NCBI GenBank assembly: GCA_963823525.1
Contig: CAWGLW010000001.1
Span: 491,252 to 555,251, forward strand
From: an uncultured Gammaproteobacteria bacterium
GTDB lineage: Bacteria; Pseudomonadota; Gammaproteobacteria; Steroidobacterales; Steroidobacteraceae
Reading direction: 5' to 3'
Length of the DNA: 64,000 bases
The position numbers and the translations under genes are program-made. This document shows, piece after piece, positions 10,435 through 19,318 of this stretch. The notes below the pieces were generated by a model. It was not told the origin of the DNA. It worked only from the letters and a program-made list of their open reading frames with translations, and did not search any database. How positions within the stretch are numbered: position 1 is the first letter of the stretch; each line of letters opens with the position of its first letter.

Positions 10435-12531
10435 GTGAAGCAGAATTCGACCCGAAACCGCGCATGCCCTTTGGCGGCCTCCTGGCTGGCGGTGGCGCTA
10501 CTCCTGCCCACGCTCGCGAACGCGAAGGACATTGCCGAGCCCCCGTCCCTGCCGGCATTTACGCCGCTGCCCGCCGGCCTGCACGCCAACGGCATGCCAA
10601 AGATTCCGGCTGCCATTGCAGGCCGGGTGGCCCGCTACGCGGACTTTCGTCCCAGCGTGCTCGCTGGCTGGCACCCGTATCGTCATGAGGTCCTGGCCCT
10701 GGCCCAGGCGCGGGAGACGGCGCAGGTCTATGAACTGGCCGCACCGGGCGGCCGGCTGCAGCAATTGACCCGGGCGGCCGAGCGGATCGGCGATGCCAGC
10801 TGGCCGCGCCACAGCGACGACTATTTCATTTTTGTGTCTGACCACGATGGCGATGAGTCCTGGCAGATCTACCGGCAGGACACTCGTGGCGCAGGCGTTA
10901 CGCTGCTCACCGACGGCGGTGCTTCCCAGAACATGCTGGGCGCCTGGTCAAACGAGAATGACCGGCTCGCGTTCGGGTCGACCCGGCGCAACGGTGTCGA
11001 TCGCGACATTTATGTCATGGATCCGCTGGACCCGGACAGCACACGGCTGGTTATGGAAGTCTCGGGTGCCGGCTGGAACCCGCTCGACTGGTCGCCGGAT
11101 GACAGCAAGCTGGCCATCCTGCAGTACGTCTCCGCAGTGGAGAGTTACATCTGGACCGTGGATGTCGCCACAGGCGCCAAGGCAGCCGTAACGCGGCTGC
11201 CGGCAGCGGTGGCCTCGGTGACCGGCACCACCGGGTGGTCCTCACCGGCACGAGGCAGCCGGTCATCCGCTCGGGACAGCCGCGCGGAAGCGGACGAGTC
11301 CCGGGTGCGTGTGGCCTACGCAGGAGCCCAGTTCAGTCACGACGGCCTCGGCCTGTACACCGCGACCGACCGGGGGACAGAGTTCAAGCAACTCGCCTAT
11401 ATCGATCTCAGTTCGGGACGCCACAGTTACCTGACCGCTCACCTGCGCTGGGACGTTGAAGAGTTCGCGCTTTCGGATGACGGGCAGACGATCGCATTTA
11501 CGACCAACGAAAACGGGGTTAGCGTTCTGCGGCTGCTCGACACGGCAACCGGGCGGGAACTGCCGCGCCCTGAACTGCCGATACACGGCGTCATCAATGA
11601 CCTGACCTGGCATGCCGACGGGCAATTGCTTGGGTTTACCGTCAATGCTGCGAGCACGCCCAGTGACATCTATGCCCTGGACACGGAAACCGGGGCGCTC
11701 GAACGATGGACGGCCGCCCGGGCGAGGGAGATCGACACCGACGAGTTTCCCGAGCCGCAGTTCGTGAGCTGGAAGAGTTTTGATGGGGTGGAAGTGCCGG
11801 CCTTGCTTTACCAGCCACCGGCTCGATTCACCGGCCCACGGGCAGTCCTGGCACTGATACACGGCGGTCCGGAAGGCCAGGCGCGCCCGGGTTTTCTGGG
11901 AAGCGCCAATTTCTTCCTGCTGGAAATGGGTGTCGCGCTGTTGATGCCGAACGTTCGCGGATCCACCGGATTCGGGAAGCGCTACGTGGGCCTGGACGAT
12001 GACCGGAAACGTGAAGATGCCGTGCGCGACCTGGGCGCGATGCTCGACTGGATTGACGCTCAGCCCGGTCTCGATGCAGAGCGCGTCATGCTGACCGGCG
12101 GCAGTTACGGAGGTTATCTCACGCTGGCCGCGACGGCCTCCTACAGCGAGCGGGTGCGCTGTGCGATGTCGATTGCCGGGATCTCCGACTTTGTCACGTT
12201 CCTGCGTTCCACCGGCGATTACCGGCGGGATTTCCGTCGCGTCGAGTACGGCGATGAACGAGACCGCCGCACCAGGAGGTTTCTCCGCAGGATCTCGCCA
12301 TTAAACAACGCGCACCGCATAAAGAGCCCGCTGTTTATCGTGCACGGCCGAAATGACCCGAGAGTGCCATACGCGGAGGCCGAACAGCTCGTGACGAACG
12401 TCAGAGGAAACGATGTGCCGGTCTGGTACCTGCTCGGCGACGACGAAGGTCACGGCTTCGCAAGAAAAACCAACCAGGACTACCAGTTCTACGCCACTAT
12501 CGCCTTCATGCAGACTTACTTGCTGAACTGA
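10435..12531 (+). CDS. S9 family serine peptidase (prolyl oligopeptidase/DPP type) with N-terminal beta-propeller
   Basis: C-terminal catalytic domain: IHGGPEGQ..., GGSYGGYLTLA (GxSxGG), HGRNDPRVP, DDEGHGF. I prefer GTG at 10435, which gives a signal peptide (VKQNSTRNRACPLAASWLAVALLLPTLANA). The track start at 10297 would overlap the divergent dehalogenase start. Confidence 0.8.
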   Translation: MKQNSTRNRACPLAASWLAVALLLPTLANAKDIAEPPSLPAFTPLPAGLHANGMPKIPAAIAGRVARYADFRPSVLAGWHPYRHEVLALAQARETAQVYELAAPGGRLQQLTRAAERIGDASWPRHSDDYFIFVSDHDGDESWQIYRQDTRGAGVTLLTDGGASQNMLGAWSNENDRLAFGSTRRNGVDRDIYVMDPLDPDSTRLVMEVSGAGWNPLDWSPDDSKLAILQYVSAVESYIWTVDVATGAKAAVTRLPAAVASVTGTTGWSSPARGSRSSARDSRAEADESRVRVAYAGAQFSHDGLGLYTATDRGTEFKQLAYIDLSSGRHSYLTAHLRWDVEEFALSDDGQTIAFTTNENGVSVLRLLDTATGRELPRPELPIHGVINDLTWHADGQLLGFTVNAASTPSDIYALDTETGALERWTAARAREIDTDEFPEPQFVSWKSFDGVEVPALLYQPPARFTGPRAVLALIHGGPEGQARPGFLGSANFFLLEMGVALLMPNVRGSTGFGKRYVGLDDDRKREDAVRDLGAMLDWIDAQPGLDAERVMLTGGSYGGYLTLAATASYSERVRCAMSIAGISDFVTFLRSTGDYRRDFRRVEYGDERDRRTRRFLRRISPLNNAHRIKSPLFIVHGRNDPRVPYAEAEQLVTNVRGNDVPVWYLLGDDEGHGFARKTNQDYQFYATIAFMQTYLLN

Positions 12532-12551
12532 TCGCCGGGAGCCATCAGCCT

Positions 12552-13919
12552 ATGTCCGAATTTCATGCATGGATGAGTGCAATCAATGGGTTTGTCTGGG
12601 GGCCGGCCATGCTGGCCCTGATCCTGGGCACGGGGCTTTACCTGCAGATTCGGCTCGGGGGCATGCCGATACGGAAGATTGGCAGCGGACTGCGTCTCGT
12701 ATGGCGTGGCCGCACCGGCGATGCAGACGGACAAGGTGAAGTCAGTCCTTTTGCGGCACTGATGACCACACTGGCGGCGACCATCGGTGTCGGCAACATC
12801 GCGGGCGTCGCGACGGCGATTGCGCTCGGCGGACCGGGCGCGTTGTTCTGGATGTGGATGACCGCAATGGTCGGCATGGCGACCAAGTACGCTGAAGTCG
12901 TGCTTGCCGTGCACTATCGCGAACGCGACGCCTCGGGCCGCTGGGTGGGTGGCCCGATGTACGCGATTCGAAAAGGGCTCGGCAGCCGGTGGGCCTGGCT
13001 TGGATCGGCCTTCGCACTGTTTGGCGGGCTGGCCGGATTTGGCATCGGCAACATGGTGCAGTCCAACAGCATCGCCGCTGCAATGCAGACCTCTTTTGGC
13101 GTGACACCGGCCGTGACCGGCGTCGTGATATGCGCGCTGACCGCCGCCGTCGTTCTCGGGGGTATCAAGCGGATCGCGGCCGTGGCCGGCTGGCTGGTAC
13201 CGTTTATGGCGATCGGCTATGTGCTGGCCGCACTCGTTGTCTTACTGACCCACGCGGCCGACATTCCGGCGGCCTTCGTCTATATCGTGAGGAATGCATT
13301 TGCCCCGACGGCTGCGGTCGGCGGCTTTGCGGGGGCAGCCGTGATGGCCGCTGTTCGCTACGGCGTGGCGCGGGGGATATTTTCCAATGAAGCCGGTCTT
13401 GGCACGGCCGGTATCGCGCAGGCGGCCGGTGTCAGTTCGAGCCCGGTGCGCAGCGGCATGATCGGAATGATGGGCACTTTTTTCGACACGCTGGTGGTCT
13501 GCACCATGACGGGCCTGGCGATCGTGGTTTCCGGTGCCTGGCAATCGGGGGAAAGCGGCGCATCATTGACCCAGCTTGCGTTTCAGTCGGCACTCCCCGG
13601 TATCGGCGACGACCTCGTCGCCGTCGCACTCGCCGTCTTCGCACTGACGACCATTTTCGGCTGGGGCTACTACGGTGAACGATGTTGGGAATTCCTGGTG
13701 GGCGAACGGGCCATCCGGCCGTTTCGCTGGCTGTGGACAGCGATGGTGTTCGTCGGCGCGGTGACCCAGCTCGATACGGTCTGGCAGGTCGCCGACACGC
13801 TGAACGCGCTGATGGCTGCGCCGAACCTGATCGCGCTGATTGCCCTGGCGCCCGTCGTGGTTCGCCTGACACGCGAACAGATCTCCAGTGTCCTCGCATC
13901 CGCCGGGATGGTAGATTGA
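12552..13919 (+). CDS. alanine/glycine:cation symporter (AGCS family)
   Basis: EVSPFAALMTTLAATIGVGNIAGVATAI..GGPGALFWMWMTAMVGMATKYAE is the AGCS signature. The protein is polytopic and hydrophobic. Confidence 0.88.
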   Translation: MSEFHAWMSAINGFVWGPAMLALILGTGLYLQIRLGGMPIRKIGSGLRLVWRGRTGDADGQGEVSPFAALMTTLAATIGVGNIAGVATAIALGGPGALFWMWMTAMVGMATKYAEVVLAVHYRERDASGRWVGGPMYAIRKGLGSRWAWLGSAFALFGGLAGFGIGNMVQSNSIAAAMQTSFGVTPAVTGVVICALTAAVVLGGIKRIAAVAGWLVPFMAIGYVLAALVVLLTHAADIPAAFVYIVRNAFAPTAAVGGFAGAAVMAAVRYGVARGIFSNEAGLGTAGIAQAAGVSSSPVRSGMIGMMGTFFDTLVVCTMTGLAIVVSGAWQSGESGASLTQLAFQSALPGIGDDLVAVALAVFALTTIFGWGYYGERCWEFLVGERAIRPFRWLWTAMVFVGAVTQLDTVWQVADTLNALMAAPNLIALIALAPVVVRLTREQISSVLASAGMVD

Positions 13920-14002
13920 ACCTTCGCCCGAAGCCGCGATTGGTTGCCGTGCTGATTTCAGCCAGCACAGCCGGCGGCGAGGGAGACACTCGGGAGAGAC
14001 CC

Positions 14003-14296
14003 ATGCGCACGATTTCCTTCCCAGGGTTGCTGGCAATATCACTGGCCGCTGTCGCCGGCCCGGCGGCTGCGGACAATACGCTTAGCTGTGGCAGCAAGCT
14101 CATCGAGACAGGCATGACGGCCGCCGAGGTGCTCAAGCATTGCGGCGAACCGGCTTCGCGCAAGATTGAAGACCAGGCTGTGCACAGCGGCAACCGGATC
14201 GTCGGTACGACCCAGTTTCAGGTCTGGTCTTACGAGCGAAGCGGCGCGACTCGGGTCCTGAAGTTTGATCAGGATAAGCTGATGTCGATCGAGTAA
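14003..14296 (+). CDS. small secreted protein, DUF2845-like
   Basis: Signal peptide MRTISFPGLLAISLAAVAGPAAA, then SCGSKLIETGMTAAEVLKHCGEP...WSYERSG..VLKFDQDKL. The start lies inside the longer track ORF 13682..14296. Confidence 0.6.
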   Translation: MRTISFPGLLAISLAAVAGPAAADNTLSCGSKLIETGMTAAEVLKHCGEPASRKIEDQAVHSGNRIVGTTQFQVWSYERSGATRVLKFDQDKLMSIE

Positions 14297-14333
14297 TCGG
14301 CTTCGAGATCACCGTCGATACGACGGCCTGGAT

Positions 14334-15449
14334 TCAGCCGCCGTTCTCGGGCTTGTCAGGGTCCTTGACCGCGAGCTGGCTCTCATCGTCGAAGATGCCG
14401 ATGATGTCCAGTTTTTCGTTGCCGCGCAGCAGCTCCGCGCCGCGTACGATCACCTGGTCACCGGCCTGCAGGTCGCCATCGACCGCGACCCAGTCACCAT
14501 CGGCCACGCCAGCGGTCACGTCGATGCGCTCAGCACGCATCTCGGCGCTGACCCGGTACACGTACAAGCCTTCAGCGCGAATGACCAGCGCATCACGCGG
14601 CACGGACAGGTGCTTCTGCGGCGCTCCGAGCGGGAGTTCAACCCGCACCGTATTGCCCGGCGCCAGCAGTCCGGCCACGCTTGGCGCCTTGATCAGCACC
14701 TCAAAGGACTGCGAACGCGGATCACCGGCCGGCACGATCATCGTGACAGCGGCCGTGAATTGCCGCTGGTCCATTGTGACATTGACGACGTGACCCGGCT
14801 GAATCGCCCGAACGTGGCGTAACGGAAGGTACAGGCGAATTTCCAGTTCGTCCGGATTGACGAGGCGCACGACGGTCTCGCCGCGCGACACCTCTTCGCC
14901 CGCGCGCCGTGTCCGGCTCGCGACGACACCCTGAAAGGGTGCAGTGAGCCGAGATCTTGCCAGCTGGTCATCGGTCTGCGCCAGCAGCGCTCGGGCTACC
15001 TGCAGATCCGCATCGGCGAGGTCGCGGTTCGATTGCGCCTGGTCCACGTCGAACCGGGAAACCGCAGGGCCCGAGGCACGCAGGCGTTCGAGCTCACGTT
15101 CGAGGTTCTTCCGGTTGACCTCGGCACGCGTCACGCGCGCCGCCTGCTCGGCTCTCGCGAGCGACAGCTCACGCGTATCGAGGCGTGCAACCAGTTCTCC
15201 CGCTTCGACCGCAGTACCGGGCTCGGCGACCCATTGCAGCCGACCAGGTACTGCCGCCGCCAGGTCCGCGGCGGCGCGTGACTGGACCAGCCCCGTTGCG
15301 TTGACCACGGGCGCGAGCTGGCGAACTCGCGCATGTGCGACCTGGACGGCTGCCGGGCGATCCTGCGCCAATACAACGGAAGCCGCGAAGGCCAGCGACC
15401 ACGCAACGGCCCTGGCGAAACCACTCGTGCCTGTCGTGCTGTATGTCAT
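14334..15449 (-). CDS. RND efflux periplasmic adaptor (MFP/HlyD family)
   Basis: Signal/anchor segment, a coiled-coil hairpin (ARAEQAARVTRAEVNRKNLERELERL...), then barrel domains (TAPFQGVVASR..., VVRLVNPDELEI). The start ATG shares one nucleotide with the stop of the upstream RND gene. Confidence 0.85.
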   Translation of the reverse strand: MTYSTTGTSGFARAVAWSLAFAASVVLAQDRPAAVQVAHARVRQLAPVVNATGLVQSRAAADLAAAVPGRLQWVAEPGTAVEAGELVARLDTRELSLARAEQAARVTRAEVNRKNLERELERLRASGPAVSRFDVDQAQSNRDLADADLQVARALLAQTDDQLARSRLTAPFQGVVASRTRRAGEEVSRGETVVRLVNPDELEIRLYLPLRHVRAIQPGHVVNVTMDQRQFTAAVTMIVPAGDPRSQSFEVLIKAPSVAGLLAPGNTVRVELPLGAPQKHLSVPRDALVIRAEGLYVYRVSAEMRAERIDVTAGVADGDWVAVDGDLQAGDQVIVRGAELLRGNEKLDIIGIFDDESQLAVKDPDKPENGG

Positions 15450-18400
15450 CAGCGGGCTTCTCTCAATGATTCGGCAACACCGGGCGCCGGCTCAATCACC
15501 GCCGGGCGCTCCTCGCCGAGGCGCAGCAGGCTGGGGAGCAACACCCAGGTAAATACGGTACCGACGACCATCCCGCCGGCGACGACGGCGGCGAGCCCGC
15601 GATAGATTTCAGCACCGAGACCCGGCATCAGGATCAGCGGGAGCATTGCGAGCACGGCCGTAACCGTCGACAGCACGATGGCCCGCGCACGCGTCTCCAG
15701 TGCCTCGTGCACCGCCTGCCGGCGCGGGATGCCATCACGCTCCCGTGCACGGGTCTGGTCGACCAGCAGGATGGCCGCATTGACGACCAGGCCGAGCAGG
15801 ATAATGAAACCAATCATCGTCAGCAGGTCGAGTGCCTGGAATCCGAACAGGCCGACGAGCCTGAGGGCCAGTATCCCGCCGGCCACGGACACCGGAATCA
15901 CGAGCATCACGAGCAGGCTGTCACGAATCGATCGAAAAAGGGCCGCCATCAACGCGAAAAGGATGACCAGTGCGAGCAGGAAATTCTGCCCCATCGCCCG
16001 CAGTGCCTTGTGCAGATCGTTCGCCGAGCCCGAGTACGTCAGCTGTGAATCGGGCGACATCCCTGAACGAACGCGCGGCTCGACCTGCTCGCTGAGGATA
16101 TCCATGGCTTCGTTGAGGGTCATATCATCCGGCGGCTGAAATTCGACGCTGACCGTTCGCCGGCCGTTGATCCGCACGAGTTGTGACGGACCGACGGTCT
16201 GGCGAACCTCGGTGAGTTCGCCGACCGTCTGCACGCCAGCCGCCGGCGTCATGATCGGCAGTTCAGCCAGTTCCTCGGGCGAACGCCATTCTCTGGCCTT
16301 GACGATGATATCGAGCCGTTCGTTGCCGTCGAAATATTCACCGGCCCAGAGCCCTCCCGTAAAGGCACGGACTGCTGCCGCAACCTGGGCTCGGTTGAGC
16401 CCGGAACGGGCGACCCGCCACTCATCCGGTATGAGTTGCAGTTCGGGCTGGTTCAGTTCGAGGCCGGGATCGGCGCGCGGATACGTCTCGGGAATCGCCT
16501 TCGGGATTTCATCGACCGCGACGCGTGCTGCCTGCATCAGCGCAGGCAGGTCAGGGCCCTGGAAATCAAGGCGGATCTCACGCGCATTGTCGCCGTCGAC
16601 ATTCAGCAAGGAGCCGCGTTGCACGAATATCTGGGTGTCCGGGAAACCAACCATCAGTTCATCGCGCAGCAAGGTGGTCATTTCCTGAATCCTGCGCGGG
16701 TCTTCCGGGTAAATGACCGCCACGCCCTGCCGGCCTCCCCAGGCCGACAGGTTGTAATACTTGATGGCGGGCTCCTTCGTGCCCTCGAGGTATGGCCGCA
16801 GGCGCTCGATAATCACGGGCGCGAGTTCGGCGCGAACCGTCTCGTTACTGCCGCCCGGCGGCAGGCGCATGCTGTTCCAGATCATGTCAGTCTGTGCAAC
16901 CGGGAGGTAGTCGAACTTGGGCGCGAGCAGGACGACCAGCAACAACGAAGCGGCGCAGATACTGGCGATCCAGCCGATCCTTGCGGCCGGTGTGTCAGTC
17001 AGGCGCATCGCGAATTCGGTCATCGCGCGCCACCAGTGGCCGTGCTGATCGTCGGGAATGCCCTTTGCCAGTGCCCAGCGGTTGGCAGCCGGGATAACGG
17101 TCATCGCGACCAGCAGCGACGCTGCGTAGGACACCGACATCGTGATCGCGAGATCCTGGAACAGCTGGCCCTCCAGTCCTTCCATGAACAGTATTGGCAG
17201 AAAAATCGCGACGCTGGTCAGCATCGAGGCGACGAGCGCCGGCATGACCTCCGCTGCCCCCTCAACCGTGGCCTCCCAGGCGCCGTGGCCGTTCTGCATG
17301 TAGCGCAGGATGTTGCCTTGCACGATCAGCGCCGCATCGATGACGATGCCGGTAGAGAACGCGAGTCCGGCCAGGGAGACGACGTTCAGCGTCCGCCCAA
17401 GCACCTGCAAAGTAATGATCGCGAAGAAAAGGGAGATCGGAATCGAGGCGCCGATCACGGCCAGCGCACGCGGTCCCCTCAGGAAATACCACAGGCCCGC
17501 GACGACCAGAATGATGCCGAGGCCGAGGCTCTGCTGCACGAAGCCGATCGCGCGGCGCACGTAGACGCTGGCATCCCAGGACAGTTCGATGAACAGATTT
17601 TCTTTTGCCAACGGGCCTGCATTGAGTTCCTCGATCGCCTGCTTCGCGCCGTCGATCAACTCGACCGTGTTGGAATCGGAAGTGCGGGTCAGCGTGATGT
17701 AGTAGGACGGGACACCGCTGCGATATGAAAACCAGACCGCATCGATATGCGCGGTACGTACCTGTGCCACATCCCGCAGGTAAAGCGGCCGGTCCTCGCT
17801 CCAGCCTACGACCAGGTCACCCAGCTGGGCGACCGGCTCGCGACCCGTCACCCGAACCGTGAACTGGCGTCGACCCACGTTGGCAAAACCCGCAGAGACA
17901 TCGCGCGCGGCGATGACGGTCTGGGCGATGTCCTGCGGCGTGATGCCGAGCGCCGCAATCCGGTGCGGATCAAAGGTGATCTGGACCTCGCGTGGGCGGC
18001 CCCCTTCGAGGTTCACACGTGACACACCCGGGATGCGCGCCAGCCGCGGCTCGACAACCTCCTCGATCAGCTTCTGGTACTCGGCTGCGACATCGGGCAC
18101 TGAGTGCCCCGGCAACGGCAGGACGAGCAGGGAGCCGGCGCTCTCGGTTTGCCAGTTGTCGCCGCCGAAGACCTGCGGCTCGTCAGCATCCGGTGGCAGC
18201 GGCGGCAGCGTGTTGAGACGCGAGACGACATCGAGCATGACCCGCGTCATGTCGGTACCGATTTCAAAGGTCAGCCGCACACCGCCGCGTCCGCGATTCG
18301 ACTCCGAGCGCATCTCGACCAACCCTGGAAGACCCTGCATGGCCTCCTCGATCGGCTCGATCAGGGCCTCCTCCAGTTCGGCGGGCGCCGCTTCCCGCCA

Positions 18401-18550
18401 ATTGGCGTTGACGAACAACTGCGGTTGCCGGGTATCGGGCAGCAACTGGATCGGCAGCTTCAGCAGGGCGAGTATGCCAAACAGCACGACGATGCCCGCC
18501 GCGGCGGCCACGGCGGCCGGGTTCTGCAGGCTTCTCTCGGTCAGTCGCAT
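15449..18550 (-). CDS. RND family efflux permease (AcrB/AcrD/AcrF superfamily)
   Basis: 1033 aa with 12-TM architecture and large periplasmic loops. RND-typical segments are present: LSLAGLAFSTGIVIDAALIV, MIGFIILLGLVVNAAILLVD. Confidence 0.92.
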   Translation of the reverse strand: MRLTERSLQNPAAVAAAAGIVVLFGILALLKLPIQLLPDTRQPQLFVNANWREAAPAELEEALIEPIEEAMQGLPGLVEMRSESNRGRGGVRLTFEIGTDMTRVMLDVVSRLNTLPPLPPDADEPQVFGGDNWQTESAGSLLVLPLPGHSVPDVAAEYQKLIEEVVEPRLARIPGVSRVNLEGGRPREVQITFDPHRIAALGITPQDIAQTVIAARDVSAGFANVGRRQFTVRVTGREPVAQLGDLVVGWSEDRPLYLRDVAQVRTAHIDAVWFSYRSGVPSYYITLTRTSDSNTVELIDGAKQAIEELNAGPLAKENLFIELSWDASVYVRRAIGFVQQSLGLGIILVVAGLWYFLRGPRALAVIGASIPISLFFAIITLQVLGRTLNVVSLAGLAFSTGIVIDAALIVQGNILRYMQNGHGAWEATVEGAAEVMPALVASMLTSVAIFLPILFMEGLEGQLFQDLAITMSVSYAASLLVAMTVIPAANRWALAKGIPDDQHGHWWRAMTEFAMRLTDTPAARIGWIASICAASLLLVVLLAPKFDYLPVAQTDMIWNSMRLPPGGSNETVRAELAPVIIERLRPYLEGTKEPAIKYYNLSAWGGRQGVAVIYPEDPRRIQEMTTLLRDELMVGFPDTQIFVQRGSLLNVDGDNAREIRLDFQGPDLPALMQAARVAVDEIPKAIPETYPRADPGLELNQPELQLIPDEWRVARSGLNRAQVAAAVRAFTGGLWAGEYFDGNERLDIIVKAREWRSPEELAELPIMTPAAGVQTVGELTEVRQTVGPSQLVRINGRRTVSVEFQPPDDMTLNEAMDILSEQVEPRVRSGMSPDSQLTYSGSANDLHKALRAMGQNFLLALVILFALMAALFRSIRDSLLVMLVIPVSVAGGILALRLVGLFGFQALDLLTMIGFIILLGLVVNAAILLVDQTRARERDGIPRRQAVHEALETRARAIVLSTVTAVLAMLPLILMPGLGAEIYRGLAAVVAGGMVVGTVFTWVLLPSLLRLGEERPAVIEPAPGVAESLREAR

Positions 18551-18731
18551 GGCCCCCCCGGTCGCAGGCGCGAACGCCCTCCCTCATTGATGCGAGAGGG
18601 AATGATCGCGTTTAAATCGAGGCCGGCTGGGTTCAAAGACCCGATCCCGGCCTGGAGGTTCGCCCGTTACCGGCGGGCGCCCAGGTGTGCCCCCGGGCTC
18701 AATGCCGCGTGTCCGACCCGCGCAGTGATGG

Positions 18732-19181
18732 TCAGGGCGTCCGCGCCGCCCCGGTCTCCGAACAGACAAAGGTCAGGATCTGGTCATTCATCGTGCCGTG
18801 CTCGGCGCTCAGCCAGGTCAGGTTCTTGTCCTTGTAGGACACTTTCTGCACGACTTCGCCCTGCAGGTCTGCCTGAGAAAAAGCCTCCATTTTCTGGAAA
18901 GCGACCTTACCCTCGGCGCAGTTGAATCGATAGCGGTTCTTCGCCGAAAGGAAGGTCTTGCCCTTCTTTCCCGCCGCCTGTGGCTGGTAATAGTTTTCCT
19001 TGACCGCGGCGGAGGCCATGTCGCCCTCGCGCGTCATGCTGCTGCGCTTGACATAGAACTTCTTGTTGTCTGATTCACCGACGGCCCGCCATTCATCGCT
19101 CTGCGCTGAACCGATAACCGGCCAGACGACCGCCAGTGCAGCGGCAGCGAGCAACAAACGGCGCCAAATGGGTAGATTCAT
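18732..19181 (-). CDS. small secreted protein (possibly surface-adhesin-E-like domain)
   Basis: Signal peptide MNLPIWRRLLLAAAALAVVWPVIGSA. The mature part has two Cys (FNCAEG, TFVCSE). The family assignment is tentative. Confidence 0.55.
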   Translation of the reverse strand: MNLPIWRRLLLAAAALAVVWPVIGSAQSDEWRAVGESDNKKFYVKRSSMTREGDMASAAVKENYYQPQAAGKKGKTFLSAKNRYRFNCAEGKVAFQKMEAFSQADLQGEVVQKVSYKDKNLTWLSAEHGTMNDQILTFVCSETGAARTP

Positions 19182-19254
19182 GTGAAAACTCCTGATCGAA
19201 ACCGCAGTGTACGGGAACGGATTCTAAACCGAGCAGAGCATCCAGAGCGAATTC

Positions 19255-19290
19255 ACCAAAAAAGAAGGCCGGCGCAAGGCCGGCCTTCAC
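19255..19290 (-). terminator. rho-independent terminator after the TonB-dependent receptor gene
   Basis: A perfect 10-bp GC-rich stem, GAAGGCCGGC / GCCGGCCTTC (19264-19288, 5-nt loop). On the minus strand it is followed by a run of six T (19258-19263). It lies about 30 nt past the receptor stop. Confidence 0.75.
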
Positions 19291-19318
19291 GTCGACTGCC
19301 TGGCTGCCTCGCGGTCAC

